The translations under genes were made by a program, and so were the position numbers. A stretch of 64,000 bases of DNA from Octopus vulgaris (Eukaryota): positions 56,792,001 through 56,856,000 of the forward strand of contig OX597832.1 in the NCBI GenBank assembly GCA_951406725.2. Reading direction: 5' to 3'. The notes under the pieces were generated by a model. That model ran no database searches. It had not been told where the DNA came from and saw only the letters and a program-made list of their open reading frames with translations. The stretch's first letter is position 1. Every line of letters starts with the position of its first letter. Of the stretch, positions 1 to 13,292 are shown in pieces.

Positions 1-6
1 GGGAGA

Positions 7-67
<61 letters not shown>

Positions 68-469
68 ATGCCAGCATTCGGGGGGGGGGTAATTCTTTTG
101 CAGTTGTGCAATGAAAAGTAAAGTGCCTTACTCAAGGACACACTGCACCATCCACCTTTAACAACAAGGCCACGTACCACAACAACGATGCTTTCGCCAA
201 ATAAATCAATGGTGAATCTAATAATACAAATGTTGTTTCCATGGCTACCTTGATCCTAACCTGATGTATTGTGTATTTGGTTGGTTCAACCTGCTGCAGG
301 GATGTTGAGCAATTGCAAAATTTAGAAATCGAACCAGGATCACTATCATCACCATCATCACCACCACCACCACCACCACCACCACCACCACCATCACCAC
401 CACCACCACCACCACCATTTAACATCTGTTTTCCATGCTGGCATGGATCGGACAGTTTGGCATGGTTTC

Positions 470-637
470 TACTCTTTTACTCGTTTCAGTCATTTGACTG
501 CGGCCATGCTAGAGCACCGCCTTTAGTTGAGCAAATCGACCCCCAGGACTTATTCTATCGATCTCTTTTGCCGAACCACTAAGTTACAGGGACGTAAACA
601 AACCAGCATCAGTTGTCAAGCGATGTTGTGGGGACAA

Positions 638-670
<33 letters not shown>

Positions 671-838
671 CATTTATACGATGGGCTTCTTTCAGTTTCT
701 GTCTGGCAAATCCACTCACAAGGCTTTGGTCGGCCTGAGGTTATAGTAGAAGACACTTGCCCAAAGTGCCACACATTGGGACTGAACCCAGAACCATGTG
801 GTTGGTAAGCAAGTTACTTACCACACAGCCACTCCTGC
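470..838 (-). mobile_element. tRNA-derived SINE, family A (tRNA-like head, CORE-like body, internal microsatellite, (GAGTAAAA)n-like tail)
   Basis: Reverse complement matches the full-length copy at 24405-24826 (gtggctgtgtggtaag...gggttcagtccc...gggcaagtgtcttct...gcatggccgcagtcaaatgactgaaac). Confidence 0.9.
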
Positions 839-894
839 TGGATGCTCTTCCTAACACCAAATCATCTTCAGCAATAATGTCTGGACGATTTGCT

Positions 895-1121
895 TTAAAG
901 CTTAAAAATCTAAACTAGCCGTATGCAGCCCAAATATTCTACTTGTCCTATGTTGAAACTGGCCTGATCCAGCCTCTCACACCTACCCTAGAATGTCATC
1001 GTAAAAATAAACAACCACATCATCAAAATCTTGAAGTATGAGATAATGAATTATTGATCCAAAACAATGTGAATACATAAGCATTACATTTGGCAGAGGA
1101 ATCTGAATGCTAAAGGTTTAA
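895..1121. mobile_element. Degenerate MITE, possibly piggyBac-type (TTAA)
   Basis: Right end aatgctaaagg(t)ttaa resembles a TTAA-flanked TIR. The left TIR is poorly preserved. Confidence 0.35.
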
Positions 1122-1434
1122 TCTTTGTATCTTTGAGAATCAGCAAATCCAAAGATAGGGAATTCCTTACTCAATAACATAATCAGCAATCAAGAAGGGA
1201 GAGCAACATGTTTTTTTTCCTTCTTTTTTTCTTTTTTTTTTCTTTGTTGATTCTCAGATTGTGAAATATTTCTATCGTCATTCTGTTGTTGTGACATAGT
1301 ACTGTGACATAGTACAGCAAAATGCACCGTGCTGCAGATGCAGCGATAATGGAGAGGTTGACGAAAATAAGGATCAGAAGACGGGGGGGAAAAAAAAACA
1401 TTCCACCACCGCCGCCGCCAACATCACCACTACC

Positions 1435-1466
<32 letters not shown>

Positions 1467-1842
1467 CACATCGTGTGTTTAGTTTCCATGGCGAGTAGTT
1501 TTGATGTTTGAATTCATTGAACATTCCTTAATGAACTAAAATTGATTTTCTTTGGTAAGAACAAACGACAAATTAAATACAATTTATACAATGACAACAA
1601 CAATGACAACAACCACAATCCTGACAATATTAACGACAACAACAACTACAAAAATAACAACAACAGCATCGACATGTTGTAGTATCGTATTACAATTTTA
1701 ATGCAATTTGCTTTCAAATCTAATATCTAAATAATACACTCTCAAAATGAAGGACCAAACCAGGTCGAAATCTTGGGGGCTGTTGGTATGGCAATATCAG
1801 CAGCTGTTTACAGGAGTTCATTATCTCAGCATTTTATATGGC

Positions 1843-1892
<50 letters not shown>

Positions 1893-1929
1893 TAATAATA
1901 ATGATGATAATAATAATAATGATAATAAT

Positions 1930-2322
1930 CTTTTCTACTCTAGGCATAAGGCCTGAAATTTTTTTTTTTTTTGTGGGGGGCGGAGCAGTTGATTAGATTG
2001 ACCCCAGTACGCAACTGGTGCTTATTTAATTGACCCTGAAAGGATGAAAAGCAAAGTCGACCTTGGTGGAATTTGAACTCAGAATGTAAAGACAGATAAG
2101 ATAACGTTAAGTGTTTTGCTTGGTGTGCTAATGTTTCTGCCAGCTTGCAGCCTTTAAATATTCTTTTCTACACTAGGCACAAGGCCTAAAATTTTGGGGG
2201 AACGGGGGTGGGGAGGCAGTCGATTAGATTGATCCCAGTATGCAATTGGTACTTAATGTATCGACCCCGAAAGCATGAAAGGCAAAGTTGATCTTGGTGG
2301 AATTTGAACTCAGAGTAATATT
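1930..2322 (-). mobile_element. Two tandem SINE family B copies (tRNA head, Nin-like central domain) beside (AAT)n
   Basis: Repeated motif gaccc(c/t)gaaaggatgaaaggcaaagtcgacct-ggtggaatttgaactcaga. The B box reads gagttcaaattcc on the minus strand. Confidence 0.85.
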
Positions 2323-2329
2323 CCACTTT

Positions 2330-2790
2330 GCGTGTGTGTGTGTATGTGTGTGTGTGTGTGTGTGTGTTTGTGTGTTTGTTTGTGTGTGTGTGTGTGTGTT
2401 CATGTGTGTGCGTGTTTGTGTGTGTGTGTGTGTTCATGTGTGTGCGTGTTTGTGTGTGTGTGTGAGTGTCTGTGTATGTGTGTGTGTGTATGTGTGTGTT
2501 TGTGTGTGTGCGTGAGAGTGTGTGTAAGTGAGTAAGTGTGTGAGTGTGTATGTAAGTGTGCGTGTGTGTTTGTGTGTGTACGAGTGTGTGAGAATGTGTG
2601 TGTGAGAGAGAGAGTGTGTTAGTGTGTGTGTGTGTGTGTGTGCATGAGTGAGTGTGTATGCGTGTGTGATGAAGTGTGTTAGTGTGTGTGTGTGAGTGAG
2701 TGAATGTGTGTGTAAGAGAGAGTGTGAATGTGTACGACTGTGTGAGTGAGAGTGATATTTGTGTGAGTGTGCATGTGTATGCGAGTGAGA
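2330..2790. repeat. Degenerate (GT)n microsatellite
   Basis: Direct inspection. Confidence 0.95.
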
Positions 2791-3227
2791 AAGAGAAAGT
2801 GAAACCGAAAGTGAAAGAGACATTACTGCAACAGAAAAACAATAACAATCAAATCAGTAACCTTGTAACATAAACGTCAGACGAGCAATTTAAATTCGTT
2901 TCAAAGGGGACTCGAGTATATGGTGCCAATGGTCTGAAATAATGGTCACCCTATAACCCCATAACCCAATAATATCAGTGTATATCTCTGAGCTTATATA
3001 ACAGTTTAACAACATTATAATGTGGTGTTTTCGATCAATGTGTGGACAGATAATTCACAGAGTTTGGATAAATCAAATCATTGTTTGTCTCTGTAGCCAT
3101 AGAGCTGTTCAACAATAATGTAATCTTGACATACCAGTAATGTATAAGGGTGGACTAAATCAACATTATCCCTTTTTTATATTCATCATTATAATCCTTT
3201 CAACCATGAATGTACTTTCTACATAAT

Positions 3228-3672
3228 CCTTTCTACTATCGGCACAAAGCCTTAAATTTGGGCGGAGGTGCTAGTCGCTTACATTGATCTCCAGTGTATA
3301 ACTGGTATTTACTCTGTCGACACCTCCTCCCCACCTGGAAAGGATGAAAAGCAAAGTTGGCCTTGGCAGAATTTGAACCCAGAATGTAAGGACAAATGAA
3401 AGGCATTTTGCCCAGCGTGCTAATGATTCCGCCAGCTTGCCACATTAATGATGATGGTGGTGATGATGATGATGATCCTTTCAATTATAGGTACAAATTT
3501 TGGGGGAGGGGACTCATCAACTCCAAAGTTTCACTAGTACTCAATTTACTGACCCTGAAAAGATGAAAGCAAAGTCAACCTCAGCGGATTTTGAACCCAG
3601 AACGTGAAGGTAGACGAAATACCACTAAGCATTTCACCTGGTGTGCTAATGATTCTGCCAGCTCGCCGCCTT
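3228..3672 (-). mobile_element. Two tandem SINE family B copies
   Basis: Same motifs as 1930-2322, each ending at ctgccagct(c/t)gcc(a/g)c, followed by (GAT)n or (AAT)n. Confidence 0.85.
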
Positions 3673-3685
3673 AGTAATGATAATA

Positions 3686-3716
<31 letters not shown>

Positions 3717-4580
3717 TAATAATAGTAATAGTAATAGTAATCATCATCATCATCATCATTTAGCATCTGCTTTCCATGCTAGCATGGGTTGGACGGTTCA
3801 ACTGGGGTCTGTGAATTATTATTACATGACCTATATAATTACTGTATAACAGTTTACCATTCACATAACAATGCAAGAATGATCTCTAAAAAGGCAGAAG
3901 AATAGTAAAAAAAATGTGAAATAAGCCAAAATGTCAAAGAAAAGTTTTCTATTTTTTTATCCTTAAAGAAACTGTTGTAACAATTCTTTGTCAGTAGTGT
4001 AGTCAAAGTACTCAAGAGGTGTCAATGTTGTTGATATTGCAGTTGTTGTTGCTGTTGATATTAATACCGCCAGTGTTAATGTTGCCATTGTTACTGGTAG
4101 ATTTTTTTTTGTTTTTTTGTGTGTGTGTGTGTGCCAATGATCTTCAATTTGTCATTGTTCTTACCAAAAGAAAGAAATTCGATGATGTCGATGTTATTAT
4201 TTTTTTTTCGCAGTTCATGCCATAGTTGTTATCTGTGATATATTGGTTTGTGGTGGATGGAAAGAGATAACAGCATCCCCCCCAAAAAAAAGGCCAAAAG
4301 AAACAAAAAAAAAAAACAACAACCTCACAAACCAAAATGATTGAGAGGAGGGGGTTTGAGAAATAAATGTTTATTGATCTGTAACAAATAACTTCAGAGT
4401 AGCTGATAAAAGCCGATGAAATTGCCAAATAATTGAGGCATTTCTTCAAAATAATAGTTGATAGATGCTCTAAATGTTTGCATTTACAGTTTGCTAACAT
4501 ATAAAGAGAGGAATTCAGCTTGGAACTGTCAGTTGTAGCTTTAAGGTAATTTCTGTTTGCCAAACAGTTGCAGCAACCGT

Positions 4581-4611
<31 letters not shown>

Positions 4612-5389
4612 CGGTAGCGGAGGTCCCCCTAGAGAATTCTGTTTATCCATGAAAGAACACATCAGTAACTGAAGTGTTGCTCTATTGGTGTTGTCACCAT
4701 GGCAACCAGATCGCTAATGAAACCGACACGATGAAATTTGTGAAACGGGGTGATATTTTCGGTTTCCTTTATTAATGTCAGGCTGCTGCTGCCGCTGCTG
4801 GTGGTGGTGGTGATGGAAAGGACGAGGGGTGGATGTGGGTAAAATTCTATGATTTAAAATTTGTTCAATTCAAGAATCAATATCGCCAACAGCAGCAGCA
4901 GCAGCAGTAGCGCCAACAGCAGCAACAACAATGATGACAACATCAGCAAGAAGGCCAATGACACCCATGGCTGTTGAATAATGCAATAAGGCAAATAAAT
5001 AAGGTCAATTAAGAAACTTATTAACATAGAGGTGAAGGCGTGGCTGTATGGCTAAGGAAGTTTACTATGTAATCATGAGATTCCAGGTTCAATCTCATTA
5101 TACATTCAGCCCCTTGGGCAAGTGTGATCTACTACAGTCTCAGTGCCAGGCTGAGAGCATCTAGAAATTATTCATGAGAGTTTCCAATCGGAAAGCCTTC
5201 CAGAAAAGATTAGCCAGTTTGTTCTCAATAATAATAATAATGGTGGACTCTCGCATTGAAGATGTTGTGTAAGGTGTAGGAGTGGCTGTGTGGTAAGTAG
5301 CTTGCTTACCAACCATGAAGGTAGGTGAAATACCACTAAGCATTTTGCCTGACATCCTAATGCTTACATCCTAATGCTGCCTTGATAAC

Positions 5390-5722
5390 AATAATAATGA
5401 TAATAATAATGATGATGATGATGATGATGATTGATGATGATGATGATGATGAGGATGATGATGATGATGATGAGGAGAAGATGATGATGAAGAAGAAGAA
5501 GAAGAAGAAGAAGAAGGAGAAGAAGAAGAAGAAGAAGAAGAAGAAGAAGAAGAAGAAGAAGAAGAAGAAGAAGAAGAAGAAGAAGAAGAAGAAGAAAGAA
5601 GAAGAAGCAGAAGAAGAAGGAGAAGAAAAAGAAGAAGGAGGAGGAGGAGGAGGAGGAGGAGGAGGAGAAGAAGAAGAAGAAGAAGAAGAAGAAGAAGAAG
5701 AAGAAGAAGAAGAAGAAGAAGA
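5390..5722. repeat. Compound trinucleotide microsatellite (AAT)-(GAT)-(GAA)-(GGA)-(GAA)
   Basis: Direct inspection. Adjacent blocks differ by about one base of the motif. Confidence 0.95.
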
Positions 5723-5789
5723 ATATTTTACTCCAATGTGACTTTGATGGCATGCACTGCTCTCTCACTAAATAATAATAACAATAATC

Positions 5790-6009
5790 GTTTGTACTAT
5801 AGACACAAGATTTGAAATTTTGATGGGAGGGTATTAACCGATTACATCGATCCCAGGGTTCAAACTGGTACTTATTTTATCAACTACATAAGGACAAAAG
5901 GGAAAGTTGGCCTTGGTGGAATTTGAACTCAGTATGTAAAAATGGACAAAATGACACCAAGTGTTTTGTCTGGCGCAGTAACAATTCTGCCAGCTCACCA
6001 CTTTGATGT

Positions 6010-6040
<31 letters not shown>

Positions 6041-6256
6041 AATTATAATAATGGTTTCAAGTTTTGGCACAGGACCAGCAATTTGGGGGCAGGGGCCAAG
6101 TCAACCCTATTGCTCAACTGGTACTTATTTTATCGATCTCAAAAGAATGGAAAGCAAAGTTAACCTCAGCAGGATTTGAACTCAGAATGTAAGGACGGAC
6201 AAAATGCTGGCAAGCATTCTGCCTGGTGTTCAAATGATTCTGCCAGCTCACCGCTT
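5790..6256 (-). mobile_element. Two tandem SINE family B copies
   Basis: Same motifs as 1930-2322, flanked by (AAT)n and (GAT)n. Confidence 0.85.
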
Positions 6257-6281
6257 TAATAATAATAATGATGACGACGAC

Positions 6282-6348
<67 letters not shown>

Positions 6349-6899
6349 CATGTGTATGTCTACGTGTGAGTGTCTGGATAGTTGGATAGTCACCTGATTA
6401 ATATGAACTCTCATCAAACACAAAACATCCCCATTTGTGAAGTCATCATAGCTGTTTACCATTCTTTGATAGAACTTTAAACTAATCAAGGCATCAAAAA
6501 AAAAACAGAAAAAAAAAATAGATTCTTAACTGGCAGGTGAAGGAACAGAGGGAATAACGTGAAAACTAATTTTTTCAAGGGTTCCAAAATAATTCTAGAT
6601 TAAAAACAGGAAATAAAATTAATTTCTGATTCTCAGTGCAGTATAATGACATAAAAATTTTTTTTTGAAAATTGTTAATCTGATAACAGGAGCAGAAAAA
6701 AATTAAGCCATGATGTGATTAGCAGATCAGTTGACATTCTGTGAAAGGATAAAATTTTGTATTAAGCGCTTGAGGATGATTAGACTGGATCGTTATTGTT
6801 GATTTTAAGGATGTGGACCCTTCCAGCAAGAGGTACAACTCCTCCTTTTTGTCATTCAACAGTTGAATTCATTAATTTGTTCATTACTTCAGTTAAAAA

Positions 6900-8030
6900 A
6901 TGTGAGATGCTATAAGGATTGAGACTCTGTAGAAATGTGAGTTGCTATAAAAAGTGTCAGATGCTATATAAAAGTGAGATGCAATAAAAATTATGAAATT
7001 ACTCAAAGTAAAGTATTATCAAAGAGTAAGATGCTATAAAAAGTAAGACATTATAAAAAGTGAGGCACTATAAAAAGTGAGATGCTATAAAAAAGTGAGA
7101 TGCTATAAAAAGTGAGACATTATAAAAAAGTGAGGCACTATAGAAAGGGAGGCACTATAAAAATGAGGCACTATAAAAAAGTGAGACGCTATAAAAAAGT
7201 GAGATGCCATAAAAAGTGAGACACTATAGAGACACTATAAAAAGTGAGGCAATATAGAAAGGGAGGCACTATAAAAAGTGAGATGCTATAAAAAGTGAGG
7301 TGTTATAAAAAGTGAGACACTATAAAAAAGCGAGGCACTATAAAATAAGTGAGGTTGTATAAAAAAATGAGGCACTATAAAGAGACACTATAAAAAGTGA
7401 GACACTATAAAAAGTGAGGCGCTATAAAAAAGTGAGGTGCTATAAAAAGTGTGGCACTATAAAAAGTGAGGCACTATAAAATGTGAGGCACTATAAAAAG
7501 TGAGGCACTATAAAAAGTGAGGCACTATAAAAAAGTGAGGTGCTATAAAAAGTGAGGCACTATAAAAAGTGAGTCACTATAAAAAGTGAGGCACTATAAC
7601 AAGTGAGGTACTATAAAAAAGTGAGGCACTATAAATAGTGATACACTATGAATACTGAGAAACTATAAAAAGTGTGGCACTATCAAAAATTGGTGCTATA
7701 AAAATATGAGACATTATAAACAAAGCAAAATGCCATAAAAAGCATTTATGAAAAAATGCTATAAAAAAATGAGACACTATGAAAATGTGGACTATAAGAA
7801 AGTAACATACTATAAAGTGAGATGTTATAAATAAATGAGACACTATAAAAGAGTGAGGTGCTATAAAAAAAAGTGAGACACTAGAAAACTGAGATGCTAT
7901 AAAAAGCAAGTTGTTAATAAAAAAAGTGAGATTCTATGGAAACACAAGCCTATAAAAATTGAGATGCTATAAAAAGTGAGACGTTACAAGAAGTGAGACG
8001 CTATAAAAGTGTAAGGTTCCAAAGTGAGAC
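6900..8030. repeat. About 17-bp minisatellite (CTATAAAAAGTGAGGCA), roughly 60 copies
   Basis: TATA occurs at 7441, 7458, 7475, 7492, 7509 and 7526, giving a period of 17. Confidence 0.95.
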
Positions 8031-8979
8031 AATAAAAAATATGCAAATGAGCAACTGATTCACATGTTAGCTTCTGGATTTAGTTTCAAATATGCAAGTA
8101 AATGTGACCATTTGAATAGCTAGAAATAACAGCAAAATCTCCCTTAACACCATACTGCTTATAAAAGCAGAAGGATGCATTGGATAATGTTGTTTTTTCA
8201 AAAGAACTTTGATTGTAGGGCTTACTTATTCAATAATGATCAGGAATAAACAACAACAACAACAATGACAAGAAGAAGAAGAACAACAACAATAACAACA
8301 GTTAGCTGTTATCTCAGTAACACATAACTGCAATCCAACATGGAAAAAAGCACGAGGTATTTACGTTTGCGATAACGATTTTATATTATTAAAATATAGA
8401 CTAAATGTTTATTTTTTAATATGAAAAATATGTTTTAAAGTAAGAAAAAAAAAGGCAAAAAAAAAAGAAAGAAAGAAAGAAAAATAACTAAATTTCCAAG
8501 AGAAATAAATGAATTATCAGCATTTAACCACTTGAAAAATAAGAAACAGATGTTTTTTAAGGAATTGAAAGATAAGCCATTCCATCAAACAATAAATAAA
8601 TTATTTAAAAGCTACAAAAACAAAACAAGAAAAAGGAAAAAGAAAGAAAATGATTGTTAATTACTTAAAGCTGTCTTTTGTAATTATATCATTGCCGAAT
8701 GGTTCTTCGTTCTTTCTACTCTCTCTCTCACTCTCACTCTCTTTCTTTTTTAATGCAGAAACAGTTCTACCAAACGTTGAAGAGTGGAAAGAAGGGCCCT
8801 TGGCAAAGACTACTTCACGAGATCAAGTCTTACTTAATATCTTCGTTAGCTATATATTAATTTATAAATCCATTGACATTAATAATATCTTATTGACAGA
8901 GTTTTCAGAATTCATGCTATTAAAAATATTTATTTGCTTTCACAAATAATATAGTTTAAAAAAAAAATTCATCTGTCTA

Positions 8980-9410
8980 ATCATCATCATCATCATCATC
9001 ATCATCCTCCTCATCGTCATCATCATCATTTAACATCCAGTTTTCATACTGGTATGGGTTAGGCAGTTCAAAAGGAGCTTGCAAGGTCAGGAGTTGTGCC
9101 AGGTTCCGTAGTCTGTTTTGGAATTGTCTCTGGGGCTGGATGCCCTTCCTGACACCAACCGCTTTACAGAATGCACTAAATGCATTTTATGTGGCACCAG
9201 CACAGGAGCTTTTTATGTGGCACCACTATGGGTACTTTTTATGTGGCACCAGCCTGGGTGCTTTTTATGTGGTACTAGCATGGGTGCTTTTTGTGACACC
9301 AGCATGGGTGCTTTGCTGTGGCACAAGCATGGGTGACTTTTACATGGCACCAGCATGCGTGCTTTTTACATGGCACCAGCATGGTTGCTTTTCACGTGGC
9401 ACCAGCATAC
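8980..9410 (-). mobile_element. (GAT)n-tailed retroposon (family C, RTE 3'-like) whose inner end is expanded into an ~25-bp tandem array
   Basis: ctggatgcccttcct motif. tttatgtggcaccagcatgggtgc is repeated about 9 times at 9186-9408. Confidence 0.8.
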
Positions 9411-9589
9411 ATACATACATATTTACGTATGCACATACATACGTACATACATACACATATATATACCTGTAGGTGCAAGCATGGCTGTGTGGTTAAGCTT
9501 GCTTCCCAATCCTGTGGATTCAGGTTCTGTTCCTATTGCATGCTATCTTGAGCAAGTGTCTTCTTCTTTAGCACAACCTTTAAGTCAAG

Positions 9590-9931
9590 CAAATCAACTC
9601 CAGGACTTATTCCTTGTAAGCCTAGTACTTATTCTATTGGTTCCTTTTTCCGAGCTGCTAAGTTACGGGGACATAAACACACCAGCATTGGTTGTCATGC
9701 GATGGTGGACGGACAGATACAGACACACAAACACACACATATACACACACACACATATATATATATATGACGGGCTTCTTTCAGTTTCCGTCTACCAAAT
9801 CCACTCACAAGGCTTTGGTCAGCCTGAGGTTATATTAGAAGACATTAGCCCAAGGTGCCACGCAGTGGGACTGAACCCGGAACCATGTGGTTGGTAAGCA
9901 AGCTACGTACCACACAGCCACTCCTGCGCCT
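9590..9931 (-). mobile_element. SINE family A, 3'-truncated
   Basis: Matches 24405-24826 in reverse. Confidence 0.9.
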
Positions 9932-9989
9932 ATCCATGTTAAGAAACTCCCATATATTTTAAACCTAATTTTTGACACAAAAAGGGTTC

Positions 9990-10640
9990 CTTAAACATTG
10001 AAATACAGTAAATGAAGAATTCAATCAAATAACTTTATGCTGGGAACATAAATTAACAGAAAATTTTGATTGAATGTTTTAATTGAAATCATTTTAACCC
10101 TTTTGTTATGGTATTTCTATTGAAATACACTGTCTTTGTTTCAGGTAATTTTGAAAGTAATGAAGAATTTACTGAAATAATATTGTTGCTATTAAGACGG
10201 TATTTAGAACATAAATTTAAATGGAATTTTGAATGAAGGTTTCAGTTTAGATCACTTTAAGCCTTTCTGTTTAATTACACTGGTATTATTTCTGTGAATT
10301 TTAAAAACAATAAAGAATTTAGTAAAGTGACTTTATCATTATTAAGGAGTATAAATTATTAAGGAATATAAATTCATAGAAAATTTTGATGGAAGGTTTT
10401 AATTTAAATCCCTTTGACCCTTTTCTTAACATATTTCAATTTAATTACATAACCTTTGTTTCATTAATTTTGAAAATAAAGAATTTAGCAAGAACAACTT
10501 TCTTGCGATTAAGCTGTTGTTTGGAACATAAATTAACATGGAATTTTAATGAAAGGTTTCAATTTAGATTACTGTTTCCAAAGGGAATACTTTTGCCATA
10601 GAACCAGAGACAGCCTTCGATGGGTTGGTATCAAAAGGAC
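9990..10640. repeat. Degenerate ~150-165-bp tandem repeat (about 4 copies)
   Basis: Recurring taatgaagaattta...gaacataaatt...gaattttgatgaaggttt motif. Confidence 0.7.
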
Positions 10641-10942
10641 CTAAAATCTACTCCTGTTAGAACTATATAGACAGTTATTCTAACAATATAACCGTTCAAA
10701 ACCTGTCATTCACTATGAGTATATATAAAAGAAGGAATGTGAAATAAAAATGTCATCTTTTCATTAACAAAATCATCTTTGTATAATAATCTTTTCTAAG
10801 GTGCAGGTGTGGCTGTGTGGTAAGAAGCTTGCTTCCTTCAGGCAAGTGTCTTCTAATATAGCCTCAGGCCAACCAAAACCTTGTGAGTGGACTTGGTAGA
10901 CAGAAACTGAGAGATGCCTACCGTATATATATATATATATGT

Positions 10943-11256
10943 GCCGGTGGCATGTGAAAAGCATTCAAGTGAGGTCATTGCCAGTGCTGCTGGATTGGCT
11001 CCTGTGCAGGTGGCATGTAAAAGACACCACTTGAGTGTGGCAGTTGCCAGTACCGCCTGACTGGCCCTTGTGCCGGTGGCACGTAAAAGCACCCACTACA
11101 CTCTCGGTGTGGTAAGCATTATGAAGGGTATCCAGCTGTAGAAACTCTGCCAGATCAGATTGGAGCCTGGTGCAGCCATCTGGTTTGCCAGTCCTCAGTC
11201 AAATTATCCAACCCATGCCAGCATGGAAAGCGGACGTTAAACGATGATGATGATGA
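10943..11256 (+). mobile_element. (GAT)n-tailed retroposon family C, fused downstream of a family A head (10800-10925)
   Basis: gtgccggtggcacgtaaaagcaccc...aacccatgccagcatggaaagcggacgttaaacgatgatgatg. Confidence 0.85.
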
Positions 11257-12164
11257 TATATATATATATACACACACACATATATATATGTATATACCTG
11301 TATATAATATATATATATGTATTTATAGGTGCATATGCATGTATCACAGCTTGTGTACAGTTTTTCCATGTAACATATTCTACCCACAAGTTGGTAGTGC
11401 TCAATATGAAGCTATGGGAGGAGGTGTTATGCAGTAAGGACCAAATCTGGAACCTCAAGGTTGCAAAACAAACATCTTTAGCCACATAACCATGCTCATC
11501 TAGCCAGTTAGGCGCCACTGGAAGCATACGAATAACATGATTAGATACCAAGATAATGTCATAAATGAAAGATCAATATACACCAATGCTTATTTAATAT
11601 GATTTAGTCAGAGGCAAGTCAGCCTGATTTTGAAAGAGACACCGGAAGAATTTCGCACAAAGGAACTAAACTTGTATATTTATTTTGTCAAAGTTTGGAA
11701 TTTTACCAACTATGTTATTCTAACAATGGTGGAATCCTTTTGAGTGAAAGAGCCATTGAAAACACTTGGGAGAAAAAAATGATGTCTTAGATGAATAAAA
11801 TAGGCTTTACCAAAAGTTGAAATTCTTTGGAATTGAATCTTAAATGATTTCGTTGAAGAATTACATTTTTTCCTAATCCACAAAACTGTATAATGCCAAG
11901 CAACTATTATTAATAATATATGAGAAATGTTTACTGTTGAGCGGGTGACTCAACATCTGTATTGCGTCATGGAATTTTATAGCAACTAAATATATAAAAG
12001 GCAAACAAATGGCGCTTTTATTCAATTTAATTCTGCATCTGTACAGAAAAGAAGAGCAATTATATGATAATCACAAGTATAAATATGGTAGCTTTGAATT
12101 CTGTTAGGGAAGGATAAAAATTAACAAACAAAAAATAACAATAAATAAATAAAATAAACTAGAA

Positions 12165-12172
12165 CGATAATG

Positions 12173-12221
<49 letters not shown>

Positions 12222-12250
12222 TAATAATAATAATAATAATAATAATAGTA

Positions 12251-12347
<97 letters not shown>

Positions 12348-12422
12348 TGATGATGATGATGATAATAATAATAATAATGATAATAATAATAATAATAATA
12401 ATAATGGTAATAATGATAATAA
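12165..12422. repeat. (AAT)n microsatellite
   Basis: Direct inspection. Confidence 0.95.
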
Positions 12423-12551
12423 TTCTCATTGAAATGTTAGAAACGAAATGGAATTATAAAACTATTCAATCCATGCCAACATGCAATAAAATAATTTATA
12501 AAAGTAAAAATAATCACACATAATGCATGTGATATGTGCTTGTATGTGCAC

Positions 12552-12593
<42 letters not shown>

Positions 12594-13292
12594 GTAAGTA
12601 TATATATTTATATGTATATATTTATATTTATATTTATATGTATGTATGTATGTATGTATGTGTGTGTGTATGTATGTACGTTTAAAGTGTGAGATACATG
12701 TAGAACATATACATGTGTGTAATTTATACATGTGAAAAATATGTGCATACACACAAACACACACATACACACGTGTACACACACATGCACATATGTGTTT
12801 GTGTGCATGTATGTGTGTATTTAGTGCATGAGTCTGTAAGTGTGAATGAGTGCACGCTCACAAAAAAGTATGCATTCATATTTGATCAGACACCAAGAAA
12901 TGAATAACAATAATAATAATACTAATAATGGTGATGATGATGATGATGATGATGAAGTGGAAGAGTTCCTTCTTTCCTATTAAATGGTAAATTGTCCAAT
13001 AATCCATTATGACTGTTAAATGGTAGTGGGAAATCTACAAAAAGCAATTATTTTCTAAATCTATTGGAAGCCACTTTTCAATATTTTTAGGAAAGGTTTT
13101 GCAGAAAATTTTGAGAAAAATGTTGGGTAGGATAGTAAATAATTCAGTCATATATTCCAATATATTTCTCGGTGGCTTAATATATGTCATAACTAATATG
13201 GTACATGGATGTAATATGAGCAGATATTATGACAGTTGTGTGTGAGGTAATTGGATTTCGAATAGTTATCTGGGAAGGGTTTTGGATATGTA

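Noticed and set aside
6900-8030. Possible CRISPR array
   Set aside because: Head-to-tail 17-mers without spacers, in a eukaryotic context.
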